From Pocillopora damicornis (Eukaryota), in the NCBI RefSeq assembly GCF_003704095.1, contig NW_020846609.1:62001-126000 (forward strand): 64,000 bases of DNA, given 5' to 3'. Both the position numbers and the translations under genes were made by a program. The notes beneath the pieces were generated by a model that was not told where the DNA came from, searched no databases, and saw only the letters and a program-made list of their open reading frames with translations. This document shows positions 35,501 to 50,500 of this stretch, in pieces (position 1 is the first letter of the stretch; each line of letters starts with the position of its first letter).

Positions 35501-38500
35501 GCTAATGAAAGGATGTCCACCTTACGACAAGGGCGTGATCGTGACCATGAGGAACAATTTCGTCCCATTTGGGGCGTTTATTTGTTTTACACCTGGTTGT
35601 TATAGTTGTCTTTGCCTGATCCGCAATATCGGAAACCGCGAATTACTTTAACTCGGATTAAAGCACTAGCTTCCTTTTTACGCAAATGAGTAATTGAATT
35701 AATGAAAGGATTTGTTGCTTTTTAAAGCATTACGCTTTCTTTGGTTACTGCGTGTTCCCCATTTTGGAAACAGCTCTCCATGTCTGACGCAGTAAAGAAT
35801 CTTTGTTAACAGTTTATTTTATAGTTTGTTTGTAAAAACGTGTAAAAATAGAAGCATTTTGGAACTTTCGCTAATTGAAGCACAATGTGCGATATTTCGG
35901 GTCAATTTACGCCTATTTTATCGCCTTCACCTATTGAGGTTTGATTGCAGTTTGGGACATTGAGTTTTCAGAAAACTCGAGAGTCGTAACACAAGAACTA
36001 CAAGGCTAATTTTTGTCTTAATACGAAAACAGAAAGTACTTTTGTCGTGGCTCGCGAATTTTTCGATCCTCGGCTCTCTTCCAGCTGATTCAATTTCACC
36101 GTGATCGGATCAGGTAATTCGTTCGTCGTGATGGTGAAAGAAGGAAAAACTTAATAACTTGTCGTTGTTTATCACCTTGTGTCTCGTCAGGACTGCTTTT
36201 TATTAATTTTTAATTCAGCCCGGTTAAAAAGGCGACTGACCTATCAGTTTCCATTTCATTGCCGTTGTATTCATTAATTACCCTAATGAGGTGTCTGCGT
36301 GTTCTTGGTGAAAGGTTGTTTGTGGATCGCACAGAACATTACGTAAATTTTTTACCTGTCTGTCATTTGCTCTGTATTCGAAGGTAGTGGCTTTACAAAA
36401 CAGGATTTTCAGGATTAGCTTGTAAATTCTGCTTAGGCACATTGAGAAGGAATCCCTCTAGTGATCTCGTTAGAAAAAGATTGTTCACACGAAGCTTACA
36501 GATGGAAGAAGTTTCCAGGTTGCCCGTCGCATGGTAGCAGTATTTCAAGGCTTCATTTGTGACAAGCTTAAAATTCTTTCTTTTTGTTTTAACACAGCTA
36601 TGAAACATCTGCTGACACTGAATGATTTCAAAGAAAACATTTTGATGATGGCTTTCTTACTACAAATCTTCATCAGAAAGTTGCTACCTTGCCAACTTTG
36701 CATTTTGTTGAAACATTCCTCTAAGGACGTTTTTTCCAATTATGATTCTTTCGTTTGACAGAAATTAATTAATAAGTTTTAACGCAATACATTAAAATTT
36801 CTCTAGGGCGAAATTTGAATGTAATCGTTTTTCCACAAGGATAGATTGGAAATTGAAACTGCCCGTTATAATTCTTAAATCGTAATCGTTAAATTACATT
36901 TGTTTCAAATTGTTTTGATTTTTACGGAAGAAAGAGGTAAATATTTTCCATTTCTGTGCAGATAATACCCATGTTTTTCATGAGACGATCTCCACGTGTC
37001 TTGAATATCACCAAAAAAGAACAACAACAGTAGAAAGTGGTAAAACCACGCCCTCTAAATTAGCAATGTGGAGGCGGGAAAGCCTTTCACAAAATATCGT
37101 ATCAGAAAGTTTTCATATCTGCCATTTCAAGTCCCGTTCTGATGAGGAATTTTAACTAACTCAAGTGATTTAACTGAAGCAATAGCTTATGAATTCTTCG
37201 ACATCGGGCGCCACTTTAAAATGTTGATTTATTTTTGTTATCTTTATTGTTTTATAACAACTTGAAAGAGTGCAATGGACAGAAACTCAAGTTGCTTCAC
37301 TTCACTTTTTCCCTGATCACTAGGCAAAATTGCGTCTTGTGAGGCACCAAATGTCCTCCACCTCTATAAATTAGGGTCATCTTGTGTAGAGTTCATTTTA
37401 CTATTCTGTAAACAGTTGACAAATTTCGGTGATATCAAAGTAAACTTCCACCGGCAATGAAATCCGGATGTTTTTGTCTTTAAGTGCTCTTTCCGTTTGC
37501 TAGAATTGTTAACACATTGTGCTATCTCATCATGCGTAAGATTTGTTTTGGATTGTTGTACAATTGAGAAGCCATATGTTGGACTATTGCGTAAACGCAT
37601 TCCTATCGACCTTGGTGTTTCGTGACCTTACATTGTAGATAAGAAAAATTATGAAAAAATTAAATTCGCTCTAACGTTTCCTCTCTCTTGCAAATGATTA
37701 CAAAATATTTTGGGGTTCTGATACAATTTAAGCTCTATCATCCTAAGAATGATGCGCTTAGTAAATACACGTAATCCTTTAAATCCCAAGATCGGATTAG
37801 TTACTTTCCCCTCCCAATCCTTTTACATTTCCTTATAGTGTAGTGAAAAGAATTTGTTGTCATATATATAGATAGCACCCCAGCTCTCTGTTAGAAGACA
37901 AGTTACAAGTCTCAATCACTCCAGGGTGTGAAGGATGAAGCAAGTGATGCCTTTGTACAGTTGCGCAAATACAAACTATTCAGACTCGTTCGGGAGTTTC
38001 AAGTTTCAAGTGACTGAGAGAGTATTCTTAGATCTTCGGATACCATGGAAAATAAATTCAACTTCTAAGTTGGGGCATTTTCAAAGTAAAATTTTAAATC
38101 GTTATTATAGGCTCTCTCCCAAGTTTTTTTATTGTTAAACTACTCAAGACAACCACAAATGATGTTTTATCGGAAAAAAGAAACAACTGCAGTAGCAAAA
38201 TCACCCCTGCGGACGCCTAATACACCAACTCTTCTTTGTCCATCTCACCAGGAGCACAGGCTCCTTATCACACAAATCAATTTTGTTGTGAAAAGAAAAA
38301 TAATTTAGAAGTCAATGATATATCATTTAAAGATGATTCCAGGAGATCCTATGGTGTGCGTAAGCTTTGTAGCCCTGATTCTATTTGTAGAATGATTCTG
38401 AAATACTTCGTCCTATGTCTATTGTTTTGCCTGTATATGAGCGAACCTTAAAAATTCGTTTTTATCCCGATATTTTACATTAGTATAGCGCCTATGAGCT

Positions 38501-41500
38501 TAGAGCAGTTTTTATCCGGTAAGAGGTCAATGACGGTAAATAGAGATCATTTCAAATCATATCGCATCGCTTGAGACACCCTTAGGCTATGGCGAGTGTA
38601 TTCAGCACAACACAGCCGCATTTAAGCTTCGTCGCGTGATTCTTATATCTCCGTCTGCATCCAGGAAGGCAAATAATGTATCGTGAGTGACGAGATAATA
38701 GGAATGTGGAATGCCAGGTTTTCAATAACGATATTGATTTATTCTCTGTTCTGTACGGTATTTGTCTGTCAGTGCCCTGTTCCTCAAATTTCTCATGTCG
38801 ATTCTCCTTTCAATGGCTGGTACTAGCCATTCCATTCATGTAAGTTTGCATAAACTGACCATTTAACTCCTAACCCCTTCCTTTTTCGTCACTAATTAAG
38901 GGGTTTTTTTTAAGTTTCGTAACTTCATTTTCTATGCTACGAAACAATAAATCCAAATATCTTTTTGTCAGGAGCTTCTTTGTTGTTTGAAGTTAAGGTC
39001 ACCACAGCAAACTTTATTTAACAGTTAACGCCAATAGACATTCTCTTTTTTCCTTCAGACAGTGCTTTTTTTTTCTCTTCAGCGATTTTCTGCAGACAGG
39101 AACGTCTACGGGCACGAACGTTCTGATCCCATTCCGTCCAACTTCCTCGGATGAAGTTGCATGTCTCTGTTTTCCTTTCTGATTTGTTTTTTTTAGTCTT
39201 GTGTGCTTGTCTGGTATGTTTTTTATTTTTTTGTCAAAATATTAGATTTGCACGTCATTTATCAAAAGAAGTTTAGATGCAAATTAATTTAAATGAGAGG
39301 GCGGACGGTTGTTGCACTAATGGCGTTGTATTTGCAGACGCCCCATTCTGGTCAGTCTCATCGGCTTATCCTGTAATTCATGTTGATTCTGTCATCAATG
39401 CCGCGAACTTTTTCAAAATGTCTAGGCTTTTCTTCTCAGCCATTTAATCAGATGTCTGTTTTTAGGTTCTTAGGAGCAGGCGGCAGGGTGGTCCAGTGGT
39501 TTAGGGCGTATGTGTTAAATCTGGAGTTCCTTTGTTCCAATCCTCTACTTTGCCTTTCAAGTGGATCTGTTTCTCGGTCATTTCGAATTCATAGCCTTGA
39601 ACATAGCCAGTGTTCTAACCTACGACCGTTTTGCGCGCCACTGCTAGTAAGCTCTCAGGGGTTTCAATTAAAGCGGTTACCGGCGGTCTATCACCACTTA
39701 CAAGACTTCTTACCGCCCTCTGTTTAGGCTGCAAGTAGGCTCTTGTGATGGGTTCCGCCCTACGCCTCCCTTTTTCACACAATCGGTAGCCGCATATGGG
39801 CGGCCAAATTTGCAGCGAAAGTCACCAATTTAACGAACTGCGTTCGGCAGTCATGTTGCAAGCTGTAACGTATTAATTTCTTGGTGTTTTAGCTTAAAGT
39901 TAAAATGAGATAACCTTTAGCATTCAACATTATCAACACTTTGTCGTTTTTTTTCTGAGAATTTTCGACTAAAACATTTTGTCCCTTACTTTAAATGCGA
40001 CATGTGCAATAAATCTTCAAACTGGTGGAGCAATCATTTCTCCTGTTAAATTTTCAGGAATTCCAAGAGGTTTTAGACGGTGATAATAGGTACTACTGGC
40101 GGTAGATAGTACCGGTTACCGCCTGAAAAGTAGAGCACTACTAAGATATTATTTCTGGCGACCTCGTTATGAAGTCAGGTGGCCAAATGGCCACTTTGGA
40201 AAGAATAAAAAAAAAAGAGAAAAAAGGAGCCGTGATTTGTCTCTTAACAGTTTTGATTTGAAAGAAATACTTTCCTATTACTCGAGTTGTTTACAGTCTA
40301 GCATTGACAGACTCTCCAATTAGCACAGATGTGCTAAATACATTCACACTTTACTAAAGCTATTTATTCTTCGTCAATTTTGGACCATGAGCAAATGATC
40401 TTGTTAGCCCACTATACATGTATAAAAATAGTTACGTGGCAAACAAATACCGATCAATTGCCAAAAACATCAGTTCCGTGGACGTGTTACAGCAAAGTCA
40501 GGTTAAGACTAATTCATGAAATTTTACAAGTTTCAAAGTGTAAGAGGCTTTTTTGTATTTCCAAAAGTGGGTTATGTGAGGTTTCGTTGCATGACTAATA
40601 ATTTATGAATTCGCACATTTGTAATCTAATTGTTAAATTGAATTACGGTCACTTAATTTTGTATCCGCGGTGCTTACAGTGTATTTCGCATTACCCAATC
40701 ATAGTTTAAACACGAAGCATACAATATCGTTGTTATTTGAAAACTCTTGCTTCTTGATGCTTATTCGTTTTCACTAGAAAGCCCAAACGTTTGATAAAAA
40801 CAGAGATGGACGGTTCGAGAGTCTTTTGAAGACGCCGGGTTCTATGTGTGGACTATCGAAATCTGCGGCTCTCTGAAATAGTAGACTTAAAAGTGTCTCG
40901 AGCTCGAGGGGAATTTATGTTGAGACCTTGGGAGTGAACGATTTAAATTCCTGTCTCTTTTCCAGCCGGCGGCAGTTTTTATTTGCACTGGACAGGTAAT
41001 ATGAGATTATTTTGTCTTTCGAGAGATAACAAATGTACCCTCGGTACTACGCGTGTTATTTGTTCTCAAATATTAATGTAACTTGCTCTTTTTGATGAAA
41101 ATGATAGTACATAATAAAAATGGTCATGCTGATAATGAGAAGGAATGGGATAGTTGTGATGATGATGACAATGATAATTATGATAAAGTTCTGATATAAT
41201 GCGTGCTGTCGTTGGCTGAAAGAGCGTGTTTTATCAGATTACAAAACACGGAGCTGAGGTAAAGCTGTCACGCCATCTGCCAATTTGTACAATGTCCGAC
41301 TAATTCCCAAATTTCTCTCCAGCTTTTTTTTTTGTTAATTAAAAGTAAAATTTTTGAACAAGCGGGCCATCAAGTAGCAACAGAAGAACCAAACAAAAGT
41401 TTGTAGACATGCCAAGCGCCGTATTTGACGAAATTATAGCATGAGCAGAGACCAAAATCACCAAAGACATAACAAAACGGACTGTCCGAGTTTTGTAGGT

Positions 41501-44500
41501 TTTCACGTTCAGTTAGTTTGTCAATTAAGTGCGTACAGTTATCAAGCTCACACACAGCAAACACTCGTATATAGTTTCGTGTTCAAAACCTTAACAGAAC
41601 AAAACAGGAACGATGAAAATTATAAACAAAACTTTTATAAACATAACTTTTAAGAATTTTTACAAATCACGGTGTCAGAACAACTGCGATCCTAGCTCAT
41701 CATGGCGATCTCCGGTCATCGCAGTGAAGCAAGCCTCAGAAATTACATTGTCGTGAACTATTAAGAGCTTGTTCTGATATCCTTTCCGGTGCGTTGAGTG
41801 GAAGGCCACATGAGTCACAACAGCTGAGTTTACGGACGCCTTTACCCTGAGCAATCTTTATGTTCCTGTGAATTCGGTTGTCGTTCATTCAAAAAACATA
41901 TCTTGAAAAACTTGCTTGTTTTCATTAGCCATAATGCGGCCAGGTTTCACTGCAAATTTTACTTTCAGATTCTGTATTTTAATTAAAAAGCTACGAGCAA
42001 AAGTTTTGAATTCGACCTGCCGAACTATTTCAGTAAATACAATAATTAGTTTCAAGCAGAATTGATTTCTTTAGTGCTGGTTTCAGGCAAGTTATTAGAT
42101 CGTGGCTGATTAGCCGGGCTTGGTCCCACAGTCTGCAGTCACCATTATGTATGTGTAAAGAGCCCTTGGTAATTTTTATTTCAGGTCAGTCCGACAGTTT
42201 TTCTTCAGATCAATTTGTTGACGTGATTAACAGCCTGAAAAGATATACATTTTCATTCCTTTGGGACCTGATAGCGTTAGCTGTTTCCATTTATAACAAG
42301 GTGTGTACCTGGATATTTGAGAAAAGTCTATGTTTCTTCTAATTTAAAATACATTTTGGTTGATCTTCGAAACTAACCTAATTCACCAAAGCCAATCAGA
42401 TTAAAGGCAAATATAACTAAAAGAACTCAAGTAAAATCAAGCAAACTGCTGGAAGCTCCTCCCTGGTATGCCTGATATTACGTCTCTTGTCGAATTACCT
42501 TGGTTCGTTTTCTCAATAAGAGCGTGTCAATTGGTTTGGTAATTTTTTTTATTCTGTATTGTACTTATTGTAGCATGTAATTTTTACTTTTGCATTTTGC
42601 CAATGGTTGGTGTGTTGCCTAACCGGCTTTTACCAGCCTAATTGAGATGATGAGATGAGATAATGACGATGAAAAGGGCGGGAAAACGGGAGTGACCGAG
42701 TCGAGTATTAGTCTTGCATCTGATTACTTGAGAGGGTGGTGCGAGTTTCCTGGACCAATCACGGACGATAACGAAGCAAAAGTATCCATTCTGGCTTGTC
42801 TGAAATCGACGCAAACAGGTTGTGTGTTTTATTTGACAGGAAAACCAGTCAAACGTTCTTCAAGTATGTCCATTTCCCTGTGGCTGCGTGGGTGAACTGT
42901 GGATCATGTTGATCCATTTGATGGATCATCTAAGCACCAAAACAGATCTCGAGGTATGAGTGACTTCTTCAGTAGATAATCATTGCTGATCACACATTGT
43001 AGTCGGAAGACTGTTGTTCAACATGGTGGCTTAAAAATTTTGATAAAAACTCCTAGCGCAGATCTTTTTAGCGCATCTCTGTTTTTCAGTCATTCTGGTC
43101 AGCGGTTTCTTCCATCATGTCAGAGATTCTTTATCCCAAGGAGTCTGAGCCCGACAGTCAGGACTCTACCGTGCAGCCCTGGGCCCAGTCCTGTGGTAGG
43201 TATAAGTAGATTTTGGTAGATCCTTTACAGTTGAGTTTTCATTAGTCTAGTTATAGCAAGCGATTATTTCTTATTATAGAGCTTTTTCCATTAAGGTGCA
43301 GGAAGTGATGTAGATTTATTAGTTTTACCTCAAAACACTCTGTGACTGATAAGAGAAACTTGCGCGATCTTCTCAACCAATCAGATGCAAAACTGATACC
43401 AGTGATAAACTCTTTTGGTGTTTTCTTTGGCTTCCCTCGACAATTGCTATCGTTCTGATAAACCTCTAAAGTTATTTTCAATTTGGCCCGACACCACTCA
43501 CAAAAGCTCTTCATTTACCAACCTTTTTTTTTTTTTATGTGGATTGGATCTTTCAGCTCCTCCAGATTTCACAGTGAAGACGCCTGTTAATTTCTGTTGG
43601 TGGCTTTTGACGCATTTGTCCCCACTTTACTGGTTTACAGACAAAGGGGTGTACTCCCAAAGGAAAAAGGTAACAAGGCTGGTGGGGGGGTATGACGAGT
43701 TAGTGTAGCGTATAGCGTCGGATTAAAGTCTTGAAGACGTGAAGGAAACTTAACAGAGATTTATTTTCCCATAATATGTCGACTCGAACGTGATACATGA
43801 AAACGAGGCTGACGAGCGACAGCGTGAAGACTTACGTCATACACCACAGTCAGCACAGTACTTAACCGTCTACTAAGGCATGCATGCATTAACGCCATGA
43901 CGCCATGACGCCACGCTAACCTTCACGTTACGGAGTACTGTGTGACGGGCGAGCTTTGATTCTGATGAATTTGACAGAAGTGCAGACTTCCATCATCCGA
44001 TTGGCTTTTTGTCAGTCTTGTTCACTATAATTATTCTTATGCATCTTTACATATATCATACAGAGAATGATAGAGACTTGTATCTGCGACTCTGTTACAG
44101 CCATTTTCAATTGCATAGGTATTGCTTCGCTACACTGTGTGATTGGTCAAGAAAACTAGCGCTAACCTCTTAATCAATCAGTCGCAAAACTGAAACTAAA
44201 CGTGACTTTATCGCTCGCCTTTTCATGCGCTAAAGGTTGTTTGCTTCTTTCCTCTTAAATTTCAGATTTGCAATGTGTGCGTTTCTTTTTTTTTTTTTTT
44301 TTGGCCATTGTGACTGCAATAGTTTTGCTTTTAAGGCACTCAATCGAAATGCGCTCCTCAATTTTAAGTAATTACAAAGAGATGAATCACCTGCCTTTTT
44401 ACAATAACTTTCTTCCTTTTTCTTGATAGAGTTGTGTTCCTGGAAACTGGGTGCTTGCCCAAGATCTACTCAAAGCATCTCTTCTAAACAACAAGGTGAT

Positions 44501-47500
44501 AATTCCTTTGTTAAAAAAACCTGCTATCGATTATGCGATGCTAAATTTAGTTACATCAATAACGTTCCCAACTGTTTTGTTACAGGAGAGTCATGAAGAA
44601 TCCCGCTGCCGCGTCTCCCTTCGCTGCTGTGTTTCGTTGTCTTATCATTGGTCAGCAAATTCTGATCTTATTCTGTGGCTTTGGGATTTCTTTCACAAGA
44701 GATTGGTAGGCCCAGTTTTGTGCTGTGCTCATGTGAGGAAGTTTTTCTTGGAAAGTGCAATTTTTAAGGACAAATTACATTTTCAATTATGCTGACGAGT
44801 CTACTTGTACTTGTTTTAAAACTGCCATTTCAGTTTTTGTATAGAGACGCACGACAAACATAAACTTATCATATTTTTCACTCACGCTTATCAATGAATC
44901 TTGCTGTAGTAAATATAACTGCAGCTGAAAATTTTCTCTCCTTCATATATTGCAGGTTTGTTTAATTAGTTTTTTTTATCCATGAACATTTTTTATATTT
45001 ACTCTCTCTCCTTCTTTTTTCTTAAGAACAATTCATTTCACGTTCCTGAGCAATCTATGCATGGCTTTGGTCTTGTCAGGTATGGATCCACTCCAGTCAG
45101 CAGCTATATTTTCTTTCCGCAGAGACTTCCGACATTATATCCACAAATTCTTGACTCCACTGTATTTCTACAAAAAAACATACTATTGAGTGACTGGACG
45201 GCTGTTGTGTGTCTTCAATATCAGGAAATTTGGCAACTTATCGGTTAAACAACCCGTATATTGTCATTTTGATGTAAACGTTTGTGGGCAATTTATATCA
45301 AGCACCAAAGAAAGAGAAAACTTCAACTGGTGTTTGCGTTTCGCTGATAAACATGTGTGCTTCAGCTCGCTTATCCCTCAGACACTCGCTACCGATGGCC
45401 ATTTTTTCTCATAATACCTTTTCTTCTCTGAGAAAGCCAAAGCGTTACACTCAAAGTGCGATTCCATAAAGCGCATCTGACGTGTTTCTACCTTCTTTCA
45501 GCTTATCTTCTCTTCAGTGGACGGAGCAGTGTTTAAACAGGTCTAAGGCTTCACATCAAGGGTGAGTTATTACAGCAAATAACGAAGATTGCAAGTTGAT
45601 CTTAGTTTTAAAGTTTCTTTCAATTTGTTATACTTTGCCGCTCATCACCGTCTATATTACATTCGGTGTCATATTCGTTGACCTTTTAAGTTAAGAACAA
45701 ATCATTTCAAAGGAAGACTCAATGAAAGTTTTCAAAGGAAAACCAAAAATTATCGCTGAATCTTTCTTTGAACCAGACTACTCAGAAATTGAGATGTAAT
45801 CTCGTAGGCTACTTTAAGGTAACATGGAATAAAGGCGATTTGATTTATTAACTGTAGCGTTTTGTTTCTAGCAGTGTTGTTCCAGAGCACGAATCCAGTT
45901 TCACTCTCTTCTTACGGCTGGTGTCAGTTCACCTCAGCAAATTACTTAAGAGTGGATCGTTACAGGCCTGGAAACAGATGAAGGGCAGGTAGAAAAGGAA
46001 CAGACACCTTCGATCTTTTTTTTTCTGCACTTTACTTCGTTAAGTTCGTTCGCATTTTCTGCATTTGGTCATTAAATTGTCAATCATGAGAAATATATGT
46101 ATTATCTGCGATTGGCAGACTATTATGAAGCAGTACGCTTCTATTTTATCTTTAGATTCTACTCAAAGTTCCATAAGCGCCGTATGGAGGAGTTGAACAT
46201 CACAGGACTTCATCATTTTATCACTCTTTTTCTTACTCTTTCCTGTGTAGCTGACCTAGAAGATGTAGTAAGTTATGGTATGCCTCTGTAGGCGTACTAT
46301 TTTATTCTAAATGGCTATGTTGATATGAACAAGTGAAAGTTATTAAGCATATAACAACATTGTAACTCGAAACTCTTCTTGTTGCGCAGGTTGTCATAAA
46401 AGAACGGAACGTAAATTGAACGGGGGAGAAAAATTGGGGCTAAATGATAGGTTCTGGTCGTTGGATATTCCATGGTGGGGGTCTTAGGAAGGGTTCCATA
46501 TGGACAGATAGGTGGATATGGAGGAGCATGGACTCTGCTGGGATCGAGTTTGTTCTCCTCGTTGATTAACGCGTAAAATTACTCGAAGAAGTCACAAATA
46601 TCTTTTCTTGCACAGGCGCACAAGATGTGTTCGTTTCTTGACTTGCTGGATTTTCACAAGATGGCCCAGGAAAAGAAAATTAGTGTCTGGAAAGGTGAGG
46701 ATATTAAGAATGAAACGTAAAAGGAAGAAAGGTGAAAGACAAGGAGAGGTTGTAATTTAGACTAGTTGTGTATTTTGTAATAATTATCAGCTATCATACT
46801 ATTTGTTTTCTCTACATAATCAGGGCTTTTTGCCTTGATGCTCATTTACAAGGAGAAGAATGTGGATTTTGGATACTTGGCGGAAAGATTGTCGTACAGT
46901 TTTGTCACGGTTGCGAGGTGAGAATGCCAATCTCGTCAATCAATCGATCAATCAGTCAGTCAATCAATGTTAATGTTTCCTTCATAAGCTTGGAAATACA
47001 GATAAAATTTATCTCTTTTTTTTTGTATAAGAAAAATTGTCTATCAACATAATTGTTTTGGGATAAATATAGAAGCTGTTGTTTCTTTTAGGGAATACAC
47101 GAATTCCTCTCGAGATAAAACTCATCAAAAAAACTGCTGGCAGTTGATCACACTATATCTGAACAGTACACAGGATGTGTTCGAACACAAAAATAAACAG
47201 GACTTGTCTGAAAGTAAACTGATTGGTAAGTAATTTGGAATTTGAATACGTGTGAGATTTTCTTTGAGGACTGCTGATGGAGATTGAGTTTTTACAAGTT
47301 TTTTTTTTGTTTGTTTCACGTTCACTTTTAATCTCTCATGTGAACTAAAACAGCGAAAACGTATTAGCAAGTAAGGCCGAACGGCATAGATTAAGAGAAG
47401 CCGATTAACCTCAGTGGGCTTGCATGTTTTTTAATTTTTTTCTTCAACGTAAAGTATCTTTTTGCCCTGAAAATAAAATTCGTTGTTGGAGTTCTCTGAT

Positions 47501-50500
47501 CTCCCTCGTCTTTGTTTGATTGTTTGTTCGTTTGTTCTTTTTTTTCAGCTGATGGATTTCAATACCTTTTACATTCGTGTCGTGACAATGAACTCCGATA
47601 CTTGCTGAGCTTTGTACAGACAACTCTGGCGTCATTAACGTACGGGTGAAATGTAACAATTGCTTTTACTTCTTTACGGACACGAGTCGTTCTCTAGCAG
47701 ATAAGTAATTTTCTTTTGCTTGAAATGGAACCTGCCATCAATTTACGCATTTTACTTTTTTTGTAGGCAAAAGTACGGGGGTAGACCAGGATTCTCAGGT
47801 ACTTGTTACGTTTTTGTTGTTGTTGTTGTTGTTGTCAAGTTGTTGTGTCATGGTGACTAGTAGAGATTGGTGCGCTGATGCAGTAACGAGACTCTTTTTG
47901 TAGCTTTTCTATCCGGGATAGATCCTAGGTAATGGTTATCTAGTTTGCCTTTTTCCAAACAACATTGTATAGCGTAGTATACTAGTCCAACACCTGTCAC
48001 ACGTTCCTCGCATTCAAGTGGTTTTTTTTTTGTTATCTAGACGCTGTCAGTGTGATGTGGAAGCACGTGTTTAGTCACGTGAGGAACCTAACATCTGACG
48101 GTCTGTGTATCCAGTCGGTACCCAGTCCCTTAGCTGACACGTTGGCCGGCTTTACACTCTCTGCTCTCGAAAGGTAGTAAGCGCCTGCTAAATCGGGTGG
48201 CATTGTGAAATGATATCATCAGAGACAGGTGTTTCAATAAAAGCCGGGGTATCAGCTGTCTACCGCTGCCTGCAAGGCCTCTTACCGCCGCTTGTTTAGT
48301 CTGTGAGGGACCTCTCGCGTTTGAGTTTTGCTTATGGCACAGCCGCCTATTACGTCGTCGGCAGCTGCTTATGAAAAATTTATTGAAACACCTTTAGTGT
48401 TCGATAGTAGATTTTAATTGAGGTCCACCACAACTTGTGAATGAACGCTTAATAATGACGTCATTTTTTTAATATTCCTTTTCATGCCCAATGTGAAAAG
48501 ATCTCATGAGTTTTCTAGATCAATAACGCCGCGTAAGAAAGAGAAACCAAAAGCTTGCTGCAGAGAGCATATATCTTTATCTCCGCCATAAAGAAATTAC
48601 GTTCAATTACGACACTGAAAGTGTTTCTAGATTCCAAAAAGTAACCTTGAAATTCGAAAATTTCTTCAAATGTGCCAAGTATTTGACTATGCAACCCGGC
48701 CGCACACGCCAAACCACGTGTGTTTCACGACCAGAGGCTATTCTTGGTAGGATTATGCAAATGAAAACAGGGCAATAAAGGAAAACCAGTGCAGTTTCGG
48801 ATAAGTTACTGCTTACTTGATGCCCTCGTTTTAGTAATTTTGCCGTAGTTTCACTACTCTGTGTTTTACGCGTATGTTTAAGATATCCTGAGGAAGTCAC
48901 TGGCACAACTGGGGTGACGTTTACCAGTCTGTTACGGGATCTTGGTATTAAAGACGAAATGTCCGCAAGGTATGTAGAATTCAAAACTACTCTAACTAGA
49001 AATTGTCTTCGATCACCTCTTAAATCATACTTCGAGAAGTCCCTCCTTCTCGCCTAAAGTCTGTCATGCGAGTCCAAAATATTGGGTGAAAAAAAAGTGT
49101 TGTTTAATGGCGCACTTCGTGGAACTCTGGGAGTTCGAGTGTGAACGCGGCGCAATAACAACAACTCCTTTTTTTTCGCTGATGTTTTTTGGGCTCGCGC
49201 GACGGACTTCGCCAAAAAGGAGAGACTGATCGTGGTCTACCGAAACATTTTCACAGCCAACTACCATAGTGATTGTGAGAGGAGAATGAGAGAGGAGAAT
49301 GAATGTCTTGAATTTTAAACGCAGCTATGTGTAATATTATTGGTTGCAGCTTTTGTTGTCGATTCCTATGTCATATTTTACCCTGTCCTTCGGCAACGAC
49401 GGCAATTCAAGCAGAGAACATGGAAAGAGACATAATCCACGCGTGGTTTAGATGTCTGTTGCAGCTACCACCCTCTCATGAAGGATTAACAGAACTAACC
49501 AGGTACCCCACCCCTCCCTCCCTCCGTGAGTTTGTCACATGAGGAAGAATTTGTGATTAGAAACACCTTTAACTTGTGTCACAAGTGCGATAGAAATAAA
49601 GTAAGCCCGTTCAATCCCACCAGTTTCGTCCGATTTCCGACAGTTCCTTTTAGTTTTGGACGATTTCGTCTAACATTGAATGTTATCATCCAATTTCAGA
49701 CGGTTCTCTGATTTCAGAGGGTTCAGTGTAACATCCAACGTTTCCGTGAGATTTTCGGAGGGTTCGTCTAATTACGGAGGATTCCGTCCAAATTTTGGAG
49801 GATTCCGTCTAATTTTGGAGGATTCCGTCTGATTTTGGCGGGTTCCTGCTAATTGTAGAGGTTTTTGTCTAATTTCGAAGGGTTCCGTCTAATTTTGGAG
49901 GGCTTCATTTAATTTCAAAGAGTTCCGACTGATTTTGGAGCCCTCCGTCTTATTTCGGAGGGTTCCTTCTAATATCGGAGGATTCCGAATAATTTTGAAG
50001 GGTTCTGACTAATTTTGGATTGTTCCGTCCAATTTCGGAGGGTTTCGTCTGATTTCGTAGGGTTCCGTCTGATTTCGCAGGGTTCCATCTAATTTTGGAG
50101 GGTTCCGTCTGACTTCGTAGAGTTCCATCTGATTTTGGCACCTTCCATCTGATTTCGGAGGGTTCTGTATAATTTCGGAGGGTTCTGTCTGATTTGGGAT
50201 GGTTATGTCAAATTTCGGAAGGTTCCGTCCAATTTCGGAGGGATTCCGTGTGTTTTCGAGTTTAGCTGCACATTTTATGTTGTAGTCTGTTTGTACTTCA
50301 TACTAAAATTGATATTATTTTAAGGGTTTTCTACATGAAACCCTGCTTAGAGAAACTTGGCGACCTTTCCCCATGTTATCGAAGTGAAATGAAGGTGATA
50401 AAAAATAAAGTAAAATCTTAAAATATGGTGTTCAACTCAACCAAAGGATGAATTTTTAACATTTTGAAAAATTTCCCTTTAATTATAATGTACGTGTTGA

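Noticed and set aside
40778-40975. Extra MMS22L exon inside intron 6 (AG...GT bounded)
   Set aside because: Stops in all three frames, and exons 6 and 7 already join in phase
49700-50260. CRISPR-like array
   Set aside because: Contiguous degenerate 20-bp units with no unique spacers, in a eukaryotic intron
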